Below are positions 38,766 through 52,074 of a stretch of DNA of 64,000 nt, piece after piece. Location: the NCBI GenBank assembly GCA_038087875.1, contig CM075998.1, positions 1,364,001 to 1,428,000 of the forward strand. Reading direction: 5' to 3'. Within the stretch, counting starts at the first letter, position 1; each line of letters starts with the position of its first letter. Source of the stretch: Malacoraja senta (taxonomy: Eukaryota). The notes under the pieces were generated by a model. That model did no database searches. It saw only the letters and a program-made list of their open reading frames with translations, and was not told the DNA's origin. The position numbers and the translations under genes were made by a program.

Positions 38766-40707
38766 CATGTTTGCACATGAATCCCCCCTCTCTCTACCTT
38801 TTCAGTAGACTATCTAATGTGAGCAAGTGTACTTCACAGAATACATTTAACAAGAAAGTTTATTTTAAGATGATTTGTTTTATTAAGGTGGTTACTTGGC
38901 AAAACATAGCTGGTTTAATTTCTGTTGATGTTTTCTATTGGTGCCCCTTTGAATAAAATCCACTCTGTGTTACTTTACAATGGGTTAAAATAGGCAGTGG
39001 ATTTTCTTCTATTCATTCAGATTAGGTAAACATCACTGACAAGGCTAGTGTTTACTGCTCCTCCCTAATTGTTCATCGCTGGTTATTTCTTCAACTGATT
39101 GATTTATTAGGCCATTTCAGACAGCAATTAAGAGTCAACCAAATGGTGGTAGTTTCGAGTCACATATAGGCCAGACTGGATAAGGATGATTAATTATCTT
39201 CCATTTGTGACTCAGATGGGTTTTTAGAGCCAATCCAATGGCTTCATACTAGATCTACAAATTCCAAATGAATATAAATATTTGGCATCAAATTTAATTT
39301 GAATGTAAATCCTCCAGCTTCTAGGCACTGCTTTAAGCAGCGTGCAACCATCTCTTTGTTTATGTTTATGTATTAGGAGTTATGCAAATTATTAAAAAAT
39401 TATCAATGCCCTCCTTGCAAAAATCAGCATTGCAGTGTGAGTTAGGCCTCGTGCTCTCTGCTGGTATTGGCAGACTGGTGCAGATGAATCGCTCGGAGTG
39501 AGCTCGGCCTTCTCCGGGCCGCTGATGGTTCTCCCACCCAAACTTTCCTCCCGCAGCAACCCGACCGGGAGATCGTCCGGCTCAGATTGGAGCATGAAAT
39601 TTGATTGAAACTTGACATAAGGCAGAAGGCTTCTTGCATGTTAGGAAAAGGAATGACTTATCCACTCCATGCCTGCTGCCAGAACCGACTGGGTCTTTGT
39701 AGAAAAAAAGACATAGTGTGGGAGTAACACAGCGGGGCAGGCAGCATCTATGGAGATCAATGGGGAGCACCTATGAAGATCCGTGGAGACTTTTCGGGTC
39801 GAGACACTACTTCAGACTGTATCTTTGCTATTGTAGATGGGGATAAAAATTGCCCTCCAAAGCAGTAATAATCCCACTGTGAAAACTATGTCCTGTAAAC
39901 AAAAGGCAGCGTTTTACAGTTGCCATGAATGCTCGGACAACCCCATCTCCTTGCTTCCTCACACTCTACAGTGACCAGAATGCACCATCTCCAGAGACAT
40001 TGCAGCTGTTCAAGAAGAGAGCTCGCCATCGCCTCTACTAGGGCAGCGAGGGATGGTTGACAGATTCTGGCCTTGCCAATGAAGGTTAGATATCAAAAAA
40101 TGAATAAATAAAAACTTGAATGGACAGTTGTGGAGTGGGGTTAAGATCATTAGAAATACCAGGGATGTGTCTAGCAATCGCACTTCTTCAGGGACCTCTG
40201 TGATTTATCAGAAAAGGCCCCGATGTGCTGAATCAAAAATTAAATAAGGAAAACTGGCATTCACCAGGGAGCCAAGAGGGATGGTGATCTATTAATAATA
40301 ATTAAACAGGCTGCAGTCATTTTTAAAACTAGGGCATGTCACAGTGACTAGAACAGAGATGCAGGATCTAGATGTTAGCAAACTGCATTACAGGGGTTTC
40401 GTAGAACACAAGGAGCAGTCGTGGGTTAAAGGAACAGAGCGATCCCCACTAGTGGACACATTTACATAGAATTGTACAAATTATGCATGAAGGAAAATGG
40501 CCATTCAGCCCATTGAATTACTTCTGCTATCTTGCAAGGGCAATTTAGTCAGCCTCATTTCCCAACATTTCTTTGGTATCTTATGAGATACCACAATAAT
40601 TTATTTTTTAGGCGGCACAAGATAAAGTAAGCCAAGAATCAGCTCACAGTTGGCAAGATCTTTAAACAACTGGGGAGTCTGTGAATTGTTAGAATATGTT
40701 AATCACA

Positions 40708-40927
40708 GGGCAAAAAACAAACTAATGGAGGAACTCAGTGGGTCAAGCAGGATCTGTGGAGGTAGCGAGATGGTCGAGGTTTTGAATCGAGACCCTGCAT
40801 CAGAGTATAATCTCAGTCTTGATGCAGGGTTTCAACATGAAATATCAACCATCCCTCTGCCTCCACAGATGCTGCCTGACCTGCTGAGTTCCTCCAGCAG
40901 CTTATTTCTAGCTTAACATTCCAGCAT
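40708..40927. mobile_element. Older fold-back repeat of a related subfamily
   Basis: Inverted arms around ccctgcatca...tgatgcaggg. Confidence 0.7.
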
Positions 40928-41263
40928 AAGTTCATAAATTATAGGAGAAGAATACGGCCATTTAGCCCATTCAATCACGGCTGATCTATCTTTCCCTCTC
41001 AACCCCATTCTCCTGCCTTCTCGCCATAAACCCCTGGCATCTATAATATTTTGTGTTACATGAAAACCACAGGGATTTTGATATCAAGAACGATCAGGGA
41101 AGGAGAACAGTGAGAGTTGTTTCATTGTGTTTATCAGGAATCACTTTTTAACACATGCATTGTAAAGCGAATATTCTGGCATTTCTGGAGAGACTCAATG
41201 TGGTGGTCAAGTCATCACTTTGACAATTCACTTCTTCCAGAAATGAGTTCTAATGATTCTTGT

Positions 41264-41439
41264 TTAAGAAAGAACTGCAGATGCTGGAACAATCGAAGGT
41301 GGGCAAAAGTGCTGGAGGAACTCAGCGGGTGAGGCAGCATCTATGGAGTGAAGAAGGGTCTCGACCCAAAACGTCACCCATTCCTTCGCCCCATAGATGC
41401 TGCCTCACCCGCTGAGTTTCTCCAGCATTTTTGTCTACC
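41264..41439. mobile_element. Penelope-derived fold-back insertion with 16-bp TSD
   Basis: TTCTAATGATTCTTGT at 41248-41263 and 41440-41455; inverted arms. Confidence 0.85.
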
Positions 41440-42164
41440 TTCTAATGATTCTTGTGTCATTACAATGCATGGAGATCAAATAACAAACTATCTTTTTGGG
41501 AAGCACCCCCATCAATTCTTTATACTCAAACCAGAAGAACCTCAGTGCAGAACAGTGCATGCTCCAGCTGCTCTTCCTGAAGGGTCAATGTTTCTCCCTG
41601 TACTCCACAAATGCTGTCAAATCTGCTGGCAACCCAGAACAGTTTTATTTTAGATTTTCAGCATCTGCAGTTTTGTTTTGCTTTTCATGCACCAGCTGGT
41701 GCAAGGCTGCTAGCAAGCAGTTGGCTATCCTGTTGTGGATGGCGGGGAGTGTTAACCTGTGGCAAAGGTTAGATTTTTTTCCTCCCGCATAGATTAATAC
41801 CTAACTCTGGAGTCTGGTCTCAGGTCTAACAACACTTATAGCAGAGAGGGAAATAAGTCTAACCAAATACACCCCAGCAACCAACAGCAAAACCTGCTCA
41901 AGTCACCACGTCCTCTTTCAGATTTATTGTGTTGCCGTTGACTGGCATATATTCAGTTCCATATGGTTTGAGCTGGACCTATTTGACAGGCAGTGAAGTA
42001 TTGTTTAAAGGATGATTTAGCTGTGTAAATAATCATTCACTTTTGTAAGTATGCTTAGTTTGAAGCTGGAGTTCACCTCTTTAGTTTTCCGATGGAGCCT
42101 CCTGTTTTCTGCTGGAGTCACTTATTTTAAGATATTTATTTATTGTAAAGGATCATCTATTTTT

Positions 42165-42258
42165 GTCTGAAGAAGGGTTTCGACCCGAAACGTTGCCTTT
42201 CTCCTTCGCTCCATAAATGCTACCTCACCCGCTGAGTTTCTCCAGCATTTTTGTCTAC
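42165..42258 (+). mobile_element. 94-bp hammerhead-bearing Penelope-derived monomer with 11-bp TSD
   Basis: CATCTATTTTT at 42154-42164 and 42259-42269. Core CTGAAGA-A-GGGT(TTCG)ACCC-GAAACGTT. Confidence 0.85.
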
Positions 42259-42820
42259 CATCTATTTTTAAATGTATTTGATTCATGTTAAGGAGATATC
42301 AGCTGTAAGGTGGAGTCTCCTGTTTGGTATGTACATATTGTAGGTTGAATTTGTTTGTTTTTAAGTTTTTGGGTGGAGTCGTTTGCTTTATTTATCAAAT
42401 GGATTCATTTGTGTAAGGATTTACATTACCCCCCCCCCCCACCCCCCCACCCCCCCCACCCCCCCAAGGCTGAATTATTTGCCTTGACTGGATATGGTTA
42501 GTTTTGGGGCATATTTTGTTGTGTTCTCAGTTGGATTTAGTCCATGCTAAGTTGGATTTATTTGTTTTTGGCCCATTAATTTATTTGAAGATTGAACAAT
42601 TTGACTTGCAATAGTTGGTTGACTTACTTTCAGGTGGATTCAGCTGTTTTAAGATGGATTCTCGTCTTAAAGTGGAATGGCTTGTTTTAACTTGGCTTTC
42701 TCAATTTTTGATTGGAGTCTCCTGTTTTTAGTGAACATCATCGTTTTCTAATTGGGTTGCTTGTGTTAAGGTGGCTTTGTTTATTCTAAGTTGGCTTTAT
42801 CTACTTAAAGATAGCTTCAC

Positions 42821-42920
42821 TCTGAAGAAGGGGTCTCGACCCGAAATGTTATTCATTCCTTCTATCCAGAGATGCTGCCTGTCCCATTGAGTTACTCCAG
42901 CATTTTGTGCCTATCTTCAC
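42821..42920 (+). mobile_element. Penelope-derived monomer
   Basis: Consensus match. Confidence 0.78.
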
Positions 42921-44249
42921 GTTGTCTGATGGATTCACATCTCAGAGTGAATTTGCATGTTTTCAGGTAGATTTGCTTCTCTGAAATTAGGTTTATCTAT
43001 CGCTGGGAGGGTTCAAACTATTTTCTTTTTAATATTTAAAAAAATTATTAGAGGCATCTGCATATCATAGTCCAAACCAGTACATACTTTGTTTAGTCAA
43101 ACTATTTTTTTGATTGTAATTTTTTCAGGAGAATTCAATTTAAAGGAAATATTTAGGGTCATATATCTTTTAGGAAGCGGACACTTCTTTTATAAGTGGA
43201 GACCATTATTTAAAATGGTCCAGAGGATGGGTCCTGACTCAAAACATCAACCATCCATTTCCCTCCACGGATGCTGCTCGACCCGCTGAGTTCCTCCAGC
43301 ACTTTGTTTTTTGTTTAATTATTTTACATTTTTGAGATTCAGTAAAATTCTCTTTGTTTTTCAAGTAGGTCCACAGCTTTGTTTTAAGATGGATTTAGTT
43401 CTTTTAAGATGAATTCAGTTTATTTTCAGATGGGTGGGATGTTAAAGTGGACACATTTTTAAACAAGATATTTGTTTTTGATTATGATTGAATTAAAATA
43501 ATGACTTGTTTTAAAGTTGATTCACCTGCTTTAAGGTGCACCTTTTCATGCAACTTTTTATTCATTCAATTTTTACTAGGATCTGGGTTTCATTGTTACG
43601 GTCAATCATTTATTGCCCATCCGCAATGCTCATTGACTGATGCTTGACTTCAGTTAGATTGTCGAGTTTTTGAATGCTTTTGGCTCTTTAGTTTTAAAGT
43701 AGATATGCTTATTTTTAAGGCAGAGTCATTATTTTTCATTTCGAATTATTCTAAGCCATTTGAGGTGATTTTACTTTCAAAATCTTCTTTAAAAAATTGA
43801 ATAGTATTTGAGTGGATGCCTTTGTTTTTAGTGGACATTTTTGTGTTAAGGTCTTAAACCTTTAAGGTGAATTTATTTAATTGAAGTTGGTTTCATTTAT
43901 TTAAAAAATGCCATTACATGCTTTACATGGCTTGCTTAATTTTAGATTTATGTGTTTTAATATGAAGCTTGAAGTTGTGCAATTAATTTGTGTTTCTCTG
44001 CCTTGGGTTGGTGTAGTGCTGACTTATCAACTTATCAGGAGCATTGCAGGAAGGAAAAAGTAAAGATGGCTGCACACAGATAAACAGTACGTCTTCCTTT
44101 CTCTGTGGTGATAACAAAGGTTATAACAAAGGTTATAACAAAGTCCCTTGTACATTTTGTTGATTAACTTCTTTCAATTGATTTGTTTTTGGATGGGTTC
44201 AGTTGCCTTTGAATCCAAAACAGATCTGTTTTTAGCTGAAATGTAAAAA

Positions 44250-44632
44250 CATGGAACTGCAGATACACAAAGGGACACAAAGTGCTGGAGTAACTCAGCG
44301 GGTCAGGCAGCATCTCTGGCGAACATGGCTAGGGTCGGCTAGGTGATGTTTTGGGTCAAAACTCTTCCTCTGACCAAATACACCCAGGAGAAAGCTGGAA
44401 GAGGAGGGGCCAGGACAAAACTTGCGAGTGATAGATGGATACAGGTGAGGGGGGGAGGTTGATAGGCAGATGGTTGGACAAAATGGCCGAGATAAATAGA
44501 CAAAAGGTGTGAGATAAGTATAGAAGTGCGATTTATGAAGCCAGAGGAAGGAACGTAGGTGGAAAGGGGGGGAAATGGGTGCACATCCAGGTGGGGCACA
44601 GGGAAGAGAAGGGAGGGTTGGAGAAGGAGGGG
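44250..44632 (-). mobile_element. Penelope-like 3' UTR/terminal repeat
   Basis: Reverse copy of the terminal repeat plus a purine-rich UTR complement. Confidence 0.65.
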
Positions 44633-44944
44633 ATGGTTTGGAGAGGTACATGGATAGGAAAGGTTTAGAAGAATATGGGCCAGGTGGGACTAGTGTAGAT
44701 GGGGCATCTTGGTCGGCGTGGGGAAGTTGGGCCGAAGGGCCTATTTGCATGCGGTATGACGCAATGAATTTATCATCTAGGGCCCCATAAATGACAGGGC
44801 TAATCTAAATGCAGTTATTCAGAGCAGGGACCTCCCAGATCTGAATAGCTCTGCATTTAGACTAACACTGTCATTTATGGGGACGGCCTTTGAGTGGACC
44901 AGCTAAACCTGGCTCCTTCAATGTTAATTTGTAAACATGTTCAG

Positions 44945-45412
44945 AAATCATGCAGACACTCGAACGCCCAGGAATTAAGTAGATTACAAAAAGTGGTGGA
45001 CACTACCCCACCATCGAAGGGAGCTATAGGAGTCTCTGCCTCAAAAACGGCAGCCAGCATCATCAAAGACCCACACCACCTTGGCCACACTTTCATTTCA
45101 CTCCTGCCATTGAGGAGAAGGTATAGGAGTCTCAAAACCATGACCTTCAGGTTCAGGAACAGCTTCTTCACAACAACCATTAGTCTATTGAACACTACAA
45201 ACACCAATTAAACTTCGCACTACGAACTGTCTTGGTTGCACTCGGGACTTTGGACTTTTGTTTTTCACTATATTGGGGTTTATTATTCATTGAGTTTTTT
45301 TGTTTATTTTTTATATTATCTACTGAGTACTCGGTTTACAAACCTGTTGTGCTGTTACCAGAATTTCATTGTTCAGTTTTGCTACACATGACAAAGACTC
45401 TTGACTTGAGGT
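44945..45412 (+). mobile_element. Rex1/Babar-type LINE 3' fragment
   Basis: LQKVVDT...AASIIKDPHHLGH..SLLP..RRYRSL...RFRNSFF. Confidence 0.8.
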
Positions 45413-45477
45413 TTTGACGACTTTACCAACTGATGCTACTTTTAAACTGTTTCTTCTTTCCATCCAGAGATAAAGAA

Positions 45478-45589
45478 ATGGAAGAGGCATTTGGACTGCT
45501 GACCGAGGAGTTCAGAAGGTTGAAAATTGTGTGTGTGAGGCAGGCAGAACTAATTAAAGAGTTGACTGAGAAGAGGGAACTAACTGTTG
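45478..45589 (+). CDS. TANK: TANK-like adaptor, coding exon 1 (TBK1/IKKe-binding-like helix); exon begins at 45468; orthology to TANK not established
   Basis: Acceptor ttcttctttccatccag|A, donor G|gtgagt. Translates (DKE)MEEAFGLLTEEFRRLKIVCVRQAELIKELTEKRELTV, resembling the TANK TBD (human IEKTFWDLKEEFHKICMLAKAQKDHL, from memory). ATG at 45478 has G at -3 and G at +4. Phase-1 end joins the next exon in frame. Start codon is inferred. Confidence 0.8.
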
Positions 45590-47177
45590 GTGAGTAAAGG
45601 CAACGTTCTCATTGTCAGACACCGCTCTACTGAGGTGATGTAAAGGATGTTCATCTTTATTTATAACAAGAAGCATTTACGGTCGTGTGTGACAGAAACA
45701 TGAGGGGGAAATAAGCATGACTTTTAGAGAAAATACATGCAGGACTTAGAGTGGGTCACGGATTGGAGTCTGTACTTTCTGGGGTGAAATACAGGAATTG
45801 AAAAGAGACCAACAAAATGACTGTGTTGCTAAACCGAATAGCTTAATTTGCCATACACAATAGGCTTTTACTGAGGGATATAAGAACAGGAACAGGTCAT
45901 TCAGCCCCTCAATGGTGTTCCACTAAGAAGTTGTTATTGCAGAGCAGTACCTTGTCCCCATTTTCCAAACCACTTCTTATTTCTTGATGCCCTTGCCGAA
46001 CAAACATCAGGTCTAAAGTAGGGCCCTGTCGAGAAACGTCACATATCCATGTTCTCCAGAGATGCTGCCTGACCTGCTGAGTTACTCCAGAACTTTTTTT
46101 CTTTTTTTGTTAAACCAGCATCTTCATTTTCTTGTGTCTCTCAATCATCAGCCTATCTTGGTCTATCTTATTTCTGTGCTGCACCTTTTCTGTGATTCCA
46201 TGAACCACAGAGCTCACAAGTGCTAGTGAGTTGAGATGCCTTGTGTGGAATCAAATCCTGTACAACCAGTGTAGTATATTTAGAGCATTCCATGCTATAG
46301 TCTCACTGCAGGCGGGGTCAAGTGAAGGAACATTTGCTCTGGGGTGTTAGCTTTGGCTTAATGGGAGCGGTCTCGTCTCTGAGTCAGAAGATGACAAGTC
46401 CCAGCCTTGCTCCATGACTTGGCTTAAAACAAATAATTTAGTGAAATACCCCTGCATTGTTGCATGTCCCATTCTAAACCGTTGTCATTGGGGAGAAAGT
46501 TGTTGATGTCCATTATCCTTGGTTTGAAAATGGGCTCTGTAATTTCACTTTGGCACGATCTTGCTGCCCAGCACCCAGTTTATTCTGGATCCTCCTGTTT
46601 GAACTATTGCTTCATCCACTTGTTCAGACAAAGTCCCAAGTTAGAGAGGTCTCCTGGTATTCTGCTCAAGCCCCTCCCAACAGCCACCACAGGCAAAGAC
46701 CAATTGGCAGTTCTTCCAGTTAGCTGGTGGGGGCAATGGTAAGGGTTGTAGTGAGTCACAGTTGGCTCATAGTTTTGGAGAAAAAATTGGTCTTGAACAT
46801 TACCTAAGAACCTTCCCCTGGAGAGTGTATGTCAGATGTCGATGGAAGCAAGCTGGTACTGATAACCCTGTCAAGCCTCCTACATGAATAATGGAACTCG
46901 AGCAAGGTATCACAGGCTACTCAGCTCCCTGACAGGAATTAATGGCCAAATAGTCAATCACTTGCTCTCTCTCGGACATCAATCTTCAAATCAGGCAACT
47001 GAACCATCCTACCACAACCCGAGAGCAGTCCTGAACTATTATCTACCTCATCGGGGACCCTCAGACTATCTTTGATCGGACTTTGCTGGCTTTACCTTGC
47101 ACTAGACGTTATTCCCTTATCATGTATCTGTACACTGCGAATGGCTCGATTGTAATCATGTATTCTCTTTCCGCTGA

Positions 47178-47266
47178 AGATAGACAAAAAAAGCTGGAGT
47201 AACTCAGCAGTCAGACAGCATCTCTGGAGAAAAGGAATAGGTGACGTTTTGGGTTGAGACCCTTCT
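47178..47266 (-). mobile_element. Penelope-derived monomer with 12-bp TSD, nested in a LINE 3' end
   Basis: TCTTTCCGCTGA at 47166-47177 and 47267-47278. Confidence 0.8.
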
Positions 47267-47451
47267 TCTTTCCGCTGACTGGTTAGCACGCAACAAAGGC
47301 TTTTCACTGTACCTCGGTACACATGACAATAAACTGAACGGAGCTGACCTGAAACAGTTGTTCCAAGATGTATTAATACTCTGTACGTGGTGTTGCAAGA
47401 TACAAAAGACATGTTAATCAAAACCTCCCACTTTTGACTGTTTTCTTTCAG

Positions 47452-48038
47452 ATCTGCCCTTCACTGTGCCAATACAATGCACGGATGCTGGAAAGCTTGA
47501 CCAGTCAGAAGGACCCTTTCTCAGACCGCAGCAGAAGAAAGTCCTCCAGGGAGCTGCCTGCAATGCACTTGCTGATTCGCGAGAGGTTATGGGGGACATG
47601 AGCCAAGACGTGGAGTTGGAGTACTGCCCTAAACTTGACATCAAATTTCCGTCCTCCAACAAAAATTATGACTTTTCGATGAATGCAAATGAAAAATCAC
47701 TTCACCTGAAAACTGCTGATTTATTGGAAGCTCCAACTGTAGAAAGTGCGGAAGGTTCTGTCAGTAACTTGTACGATGACTACAGAAACACCTTTAGCTT
47801 TGACAAAATCAGGAGTGTCTCGGAACAACCAAGTGCAAATATTCCTGAACCTTTCCTGGGTGGGCGAGTGGTGCTTTCAGGATCAGACTATCCCTTTAGG
47901 GAAAAGGAGTACTCCGAAACCTTCAGTGATTCTGAAGCTGCTCTTGTTCCGGGGAGCTTGGACTCAGCTGTTATTTATCGTTCCACAGAATGTGCATCTG
48001 TTATTTTCAATTCTCCAGGGATGAGTCGGCCGCCACAG
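47452..48038 (+). CDS. TANK: TANK-like adaptor, coding exon 2 (TRAF-binding PxQxT motif)
   Basis: Acceptor ttttctttcag|ATCTG, donor CAG|gtaggc. Open frame DLPFTVPIQCTDAGK...KLDIKFP...SPGMSRPPQ matches TANK landmarks SVPIQCTD, KFNVKFP and SPGK..RGPQQ. Confidence 0.9.
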
Positions 48039-48239
48039 GTAGGCAGCAGTTATGTTGTGAGATGGAGTCACCTTGGAATCCGTACATTATAGGATTTAGT
48101 GCTTTTCAAGAACTCCAGTATCTGAAGTACAGAGGCTTGTTACACATGTCCTACACATCTGGTTAAGGGCTAAAATCCAACCAGAATAGTAGGTTGACAA
48201 TCTACCCCATCTGCTAAATATTTGTTTCAATTTTAAATT

Positions 48240-48478
48240 GATTGATTGAAAAACACAGCACGGAAGTAGGCTCTTCGGCCTACCGAGTCCACGCAACCAT
48301 CAATCACTTGTTCACACTAATTCTATGTTATTCCACTTTTACATCCTTCAGGGGTGGGGGGCAATCTACAGCGGGCCAATTAATCTACAAACCCGCACGA
48401 CTTTGGGATGTGGGAGGAAACCGGAGCACCAATGCGGTCACAGGGAGAACATGCAAACTCCACACAGACAGCACCAGA
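48240..48478 (-). mobile_element. HE1-like SINE
   Basis: Reverse match. Confidence 0.78.
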
Positions 48479-49162
48479 CAGACACTCTGCCACCAAGATG
48501 ATTTGGGACTATTTTAAACACAAGCACTGGTGGGTGCCAGCTATCCCTAAAACACTGCTGCAGTCATTTCATTCAGTAGCCAACTTGCATATTTCAGGCA
48601 CATGCACCTTGAGTGTTAATTGGCAAAGGATCCCGTGCATAGCTTATGTCATACCCTCACCAGGGAGTCCTTGATACTGACATTCAATTGAAAGGCATTT
48701 CATTTGCCATCGCTGACTCACAACCATATACTGAAACTTCAACAAAATGTAATAACCCTTTGTTTAAAATGAAGCACATGGAAATCCTCTTGCACGTTTA
48801 ATGGTTATACCAGTGTGATTCAAGTGTTGAATGGTTCAACATTGGCACACATAATGGGGAGGGGTGGGGAGAACGCTACTGAGGCCGAACAACAATGTCA
48901 TTCAGAATACAAAACGGGACCAAAGTAAATTCCATGAAATTCTGTGTTGGAAAGCACTGCAGATGCTGACACGGCAGATAGACGCGGGACAGACAGCATC
49001 TCTGGAGATAAGGAATGACTGAGTCATTTTCCTTGATCATCGTGTGTTTTCACACCTTACCCTTCCATATCTCTATGTCTCCCTCGCTCCTGACTCTCAG
49101 TCTGAAGAGGGGTCTAGACCCGAAACGTCACCCATTCCTTCTCTCCAGACCCACTGAGTTCC

Positions 49163-49548
49163 CTGAAACATATAAGTTTGTTAAGGGTTTGGACACGCTA
49201 GAGGCAGGAAACATGTTCCCGATGTTGGGGCAGTCCAGAACCAGGGGCCACAGTTTAAGAATAAGGAATAAGCCATTTAGAACGGAGATGAGGAAACACT
49301 TTTTCTCACAGAGAGGGGTGAGTCTGTGGAATTCTCTGCCTCAGAGGGCGGTGGAGGCCGGTTCTCTGGATGCTTTCAAGAGAGAGCTAGATAGGGCTCT
49401 TAAAAATAGCGGAGTCAGGGGATATGGGGAGAAGGCAGGAACGGGGTACTGATTGGGGATGATCAGCCGTGATCACATTGAATGGCGGTGCTGGCTCGAA
49501 GGGCCGAATGGCCGACTCCTGCACCTATTGTCTATTGTCTATTGTCTA
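49163..49548 (+). mobile_element. Young CR1 LINE 3' end inserted in a Penelope-derived repeat
   Basis: Open frame ETYKFVKGLD...SRTRGHSLRI...FFSQR; tail (CTATTGT)n. Confidence 0.92.
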
Positions 49549-49759
49549 GTGACTCAGGCAGGGTTCTCTGCCTGACCCACTGAGTTACTCCAGTATTTTG
49601 TGTCTAACTTTGTTGTCTTTTGGAGAGTAGCTCGTTGATCCCAAAGCTCCTCTAGTATCTTTGGTTGATCCCGTCCCGACTGCAGAGCCTGTCTCTGCTG
49701 ACACCTACTGGTGAATGATCAGTTCATCCCTGGTGACTGCATTCACTGACTGGAGAGTC

Positions 49760-50392
49760 ATAGAAACACAGAAACATAAAAAATAGGTGCAGGGGTAAGC
49801 CATTCGGCCCTTCAAGCCAGCACCACCATTCAATATGATCATGGCTGATCATCCAAAATCAGTACCCCGTTCCTGCCTTCTCCCCATATCCCTTGGTTCC
49901 TTTGGCCCTAAGAGCTATATCTAACTCTCTCTTGAATGCATCCAGTGAATTGCTCTCCACTGCCTTCTGTGGCAGAGAATTCCACAGATTCACTACGTGA
50001 AAATGTTTTTCCTCATCTCAGTCCTAAATGGCCTACCCCTTATTCTTAAACTGTAACCCCTGGTTCTGGACTCCGCCAACATCGGGAAAATCTTTCCTGC
50101 ATCTAGCCAGTCCAATCCCTTAAGAAATTGATACATTTCTATACGATCTCTCATCCTTCTAAATTCCAGTGAATATAAGCCCAGTCGATCCATTCTTTCA
50201 TCATATGTCAGTCCCGCCATCCCGGGAAATAACCTGGTGAACCTACGATGCACTCCCTCAATAGTAAGAATGTACTTCCTCAAATGAGGAGATCAAAAAC
50301 CACACACAATACTCCAGGTGTGGTCTCACCAGGGCCCTGTACAACTGCAGTAGGATCTCCATGCTCCTATACTCAAATCCTCTGGCTATGAT
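49760..50392 (-). mobile_element. CR1 LINE 3' fragment
   Basis: LLQLYRALVRPHLEYCV; EGVHRRFTRLFPGMAGLTYDERMDRLGLYSLEFRRMR. Confidence 0.92.
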
Positions 50393-50990
50393 GAGAGTCT
50401 TACTTTCATGGTCAAATCTACCTGTCACAAGTAACACAAAGTTTGATCTCATACTGTTTCCGTGCTCCCGCTCCCCTCTTGTCCTAAGCAAACCGTGCTT
50501 CTGATTCTTCCCCTCTGGTATACGTGTCATTTATTTGATCCAACATTTGAATGTTCCAAGGTCATTGTTTCTCAAGTATATTGCAGCAAGCAAGAATTTC
50601 AATGTTCTGTTACCAGAACATATGGCAATTGCCTCTTAACTCTCTCGATCAAATACAATTTCAGTGGTCAAAATGCTGCACGTTTCAGGTTAGAGAGTGA
50701 AAGCTTTAAACTTTTCACACCTGCGTTCTGCTGCTGTTGAGCCAAGCTAATCCTGTGCCATGTTTACTTAAACAACTCCTGCGTGCCAGTATTTCTAAAG
50801 CTTTAAAATAAAATTAAGGCATGAGGAGCATCTATTTCGGAGTGGCATTGTGAATATTATTTGTGGATAATCAAAACCAACAGGATGTCAGGCATCTGAC
50901 ACTTGTTTTTTTTTCTCTCTCTCTATTTCACACACACACACACTGTCACACAGCTGTTCTCACAGCTTGTACATCCTGAGAACCTGGACT

Positions 50991-51280
50991 CTGAACAAGG
51001 GTCCCAACCTGAAACGTCACTGATCCATGTTCTCCAGCGATGCTGCCTGACCTGCTGAATTACTTCGTGTTTAAGAAGGAACTGCAGATGCTGGAAAATC
51101 GAAGGTAGACAAAAATGCTGGAGAAGGGTCTCGACCCGAAACGTTGCCTATTTCCTTCGCTCCATAGATGCTGCCTCACCCGCTGAGTTTCTCCAGCATT
51201 TTTGTCTACCTGCTGAATTACTTCAGTACTTTATCTTTTTTTTTGTAAACCAGCATCGGCAGTTCCTTCTATTTCATCTC
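50991..51280. mobile_element. Nested Penelope-derived repeats (younger fold-back inside an older copy)
   Basis: 17-bp duplication ACCTGCTGAATTACTTC at 51050-51066 and 51208-51224. Confidence 0.8.
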
Positions 51281-52074
51281 TCTCTGTCTGTCAGGACATG
51301 ATGGGAGTGATAGAGCTATACAGCATGGGAGGAACAGGCCGCTCTGCCCATTTTGTCCATGCCGACCAAGTTGGCATTCCGGGCTCGTCTCATTTGCCTG
51401 CATTTGGTCCCTATCCCTCTCAACCCTAGCGGCACCTCCCGGTCATTTTCTGTATTGTGGAGCCAAACACCTGACTACACAGCCGTCCAGCCCGACTACT
51501 GCAGGTACAGTCAGCCATTCTTCCCGCTGGTATCCCTACTGAATTGCAACATTTCCAAGGCACCTCACAGTCCCGCTTCCCTGTATTGCAAAGAAGCAGG
51601 AATCCATCCCTACCCTTGTATGTTTTGCAAACCTCATGTATGGTTTCCTCAGCCTTAAAAAGGATTAATGAAGCAGATGGATACTTCTAAATGAATGACT
51701 ATTCTTTAATAAACCTGGAATAATCAAGGTCACTAGTTATTACCTTTTGATTAAATTTCATAATTTACTACTTTGATTCCAAAAAAATGTAATGGCCAAT
51801 TGTACTTTTATTGACACGTGTGCAAACACACAGTGAACTTATTTTCTTATATACTGTCCCGTAAAGTATTACTTTTTGATTGTGCTTCAGAATGCAGAGT
51901 GCAAACAAATAAACATTTCAGTGACTCAGTCATTAATGGTGACCAAGAGTACATTTTGTATTCTATGCAATAATATAAACTTGTGAAATAGTGCCATGGT
52001 ATGAAAGATCCGCCAATGGCACAAACTGTTCCGTGTACGTGAACAATGCTGACCGTGTTTCTGATTGACCACAG

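Larger units (their letters stand above)
41960..44240. repeat. Degenerate ~20-bp minisatellite
   Basis: TGG-centred unit (~TGTTTTAAGNTGGATTCANN) at 42635, 42655, 42673, 42693, 42713, 42753, 42772, 42792. Confidence 0.7.

Noticed and set aside
48039-48092. Tail of ORF 47466-48092
   Set aside because: Read-through past the CAG|gtaggc donor; the true C-terminus is the zinc-finger exon.
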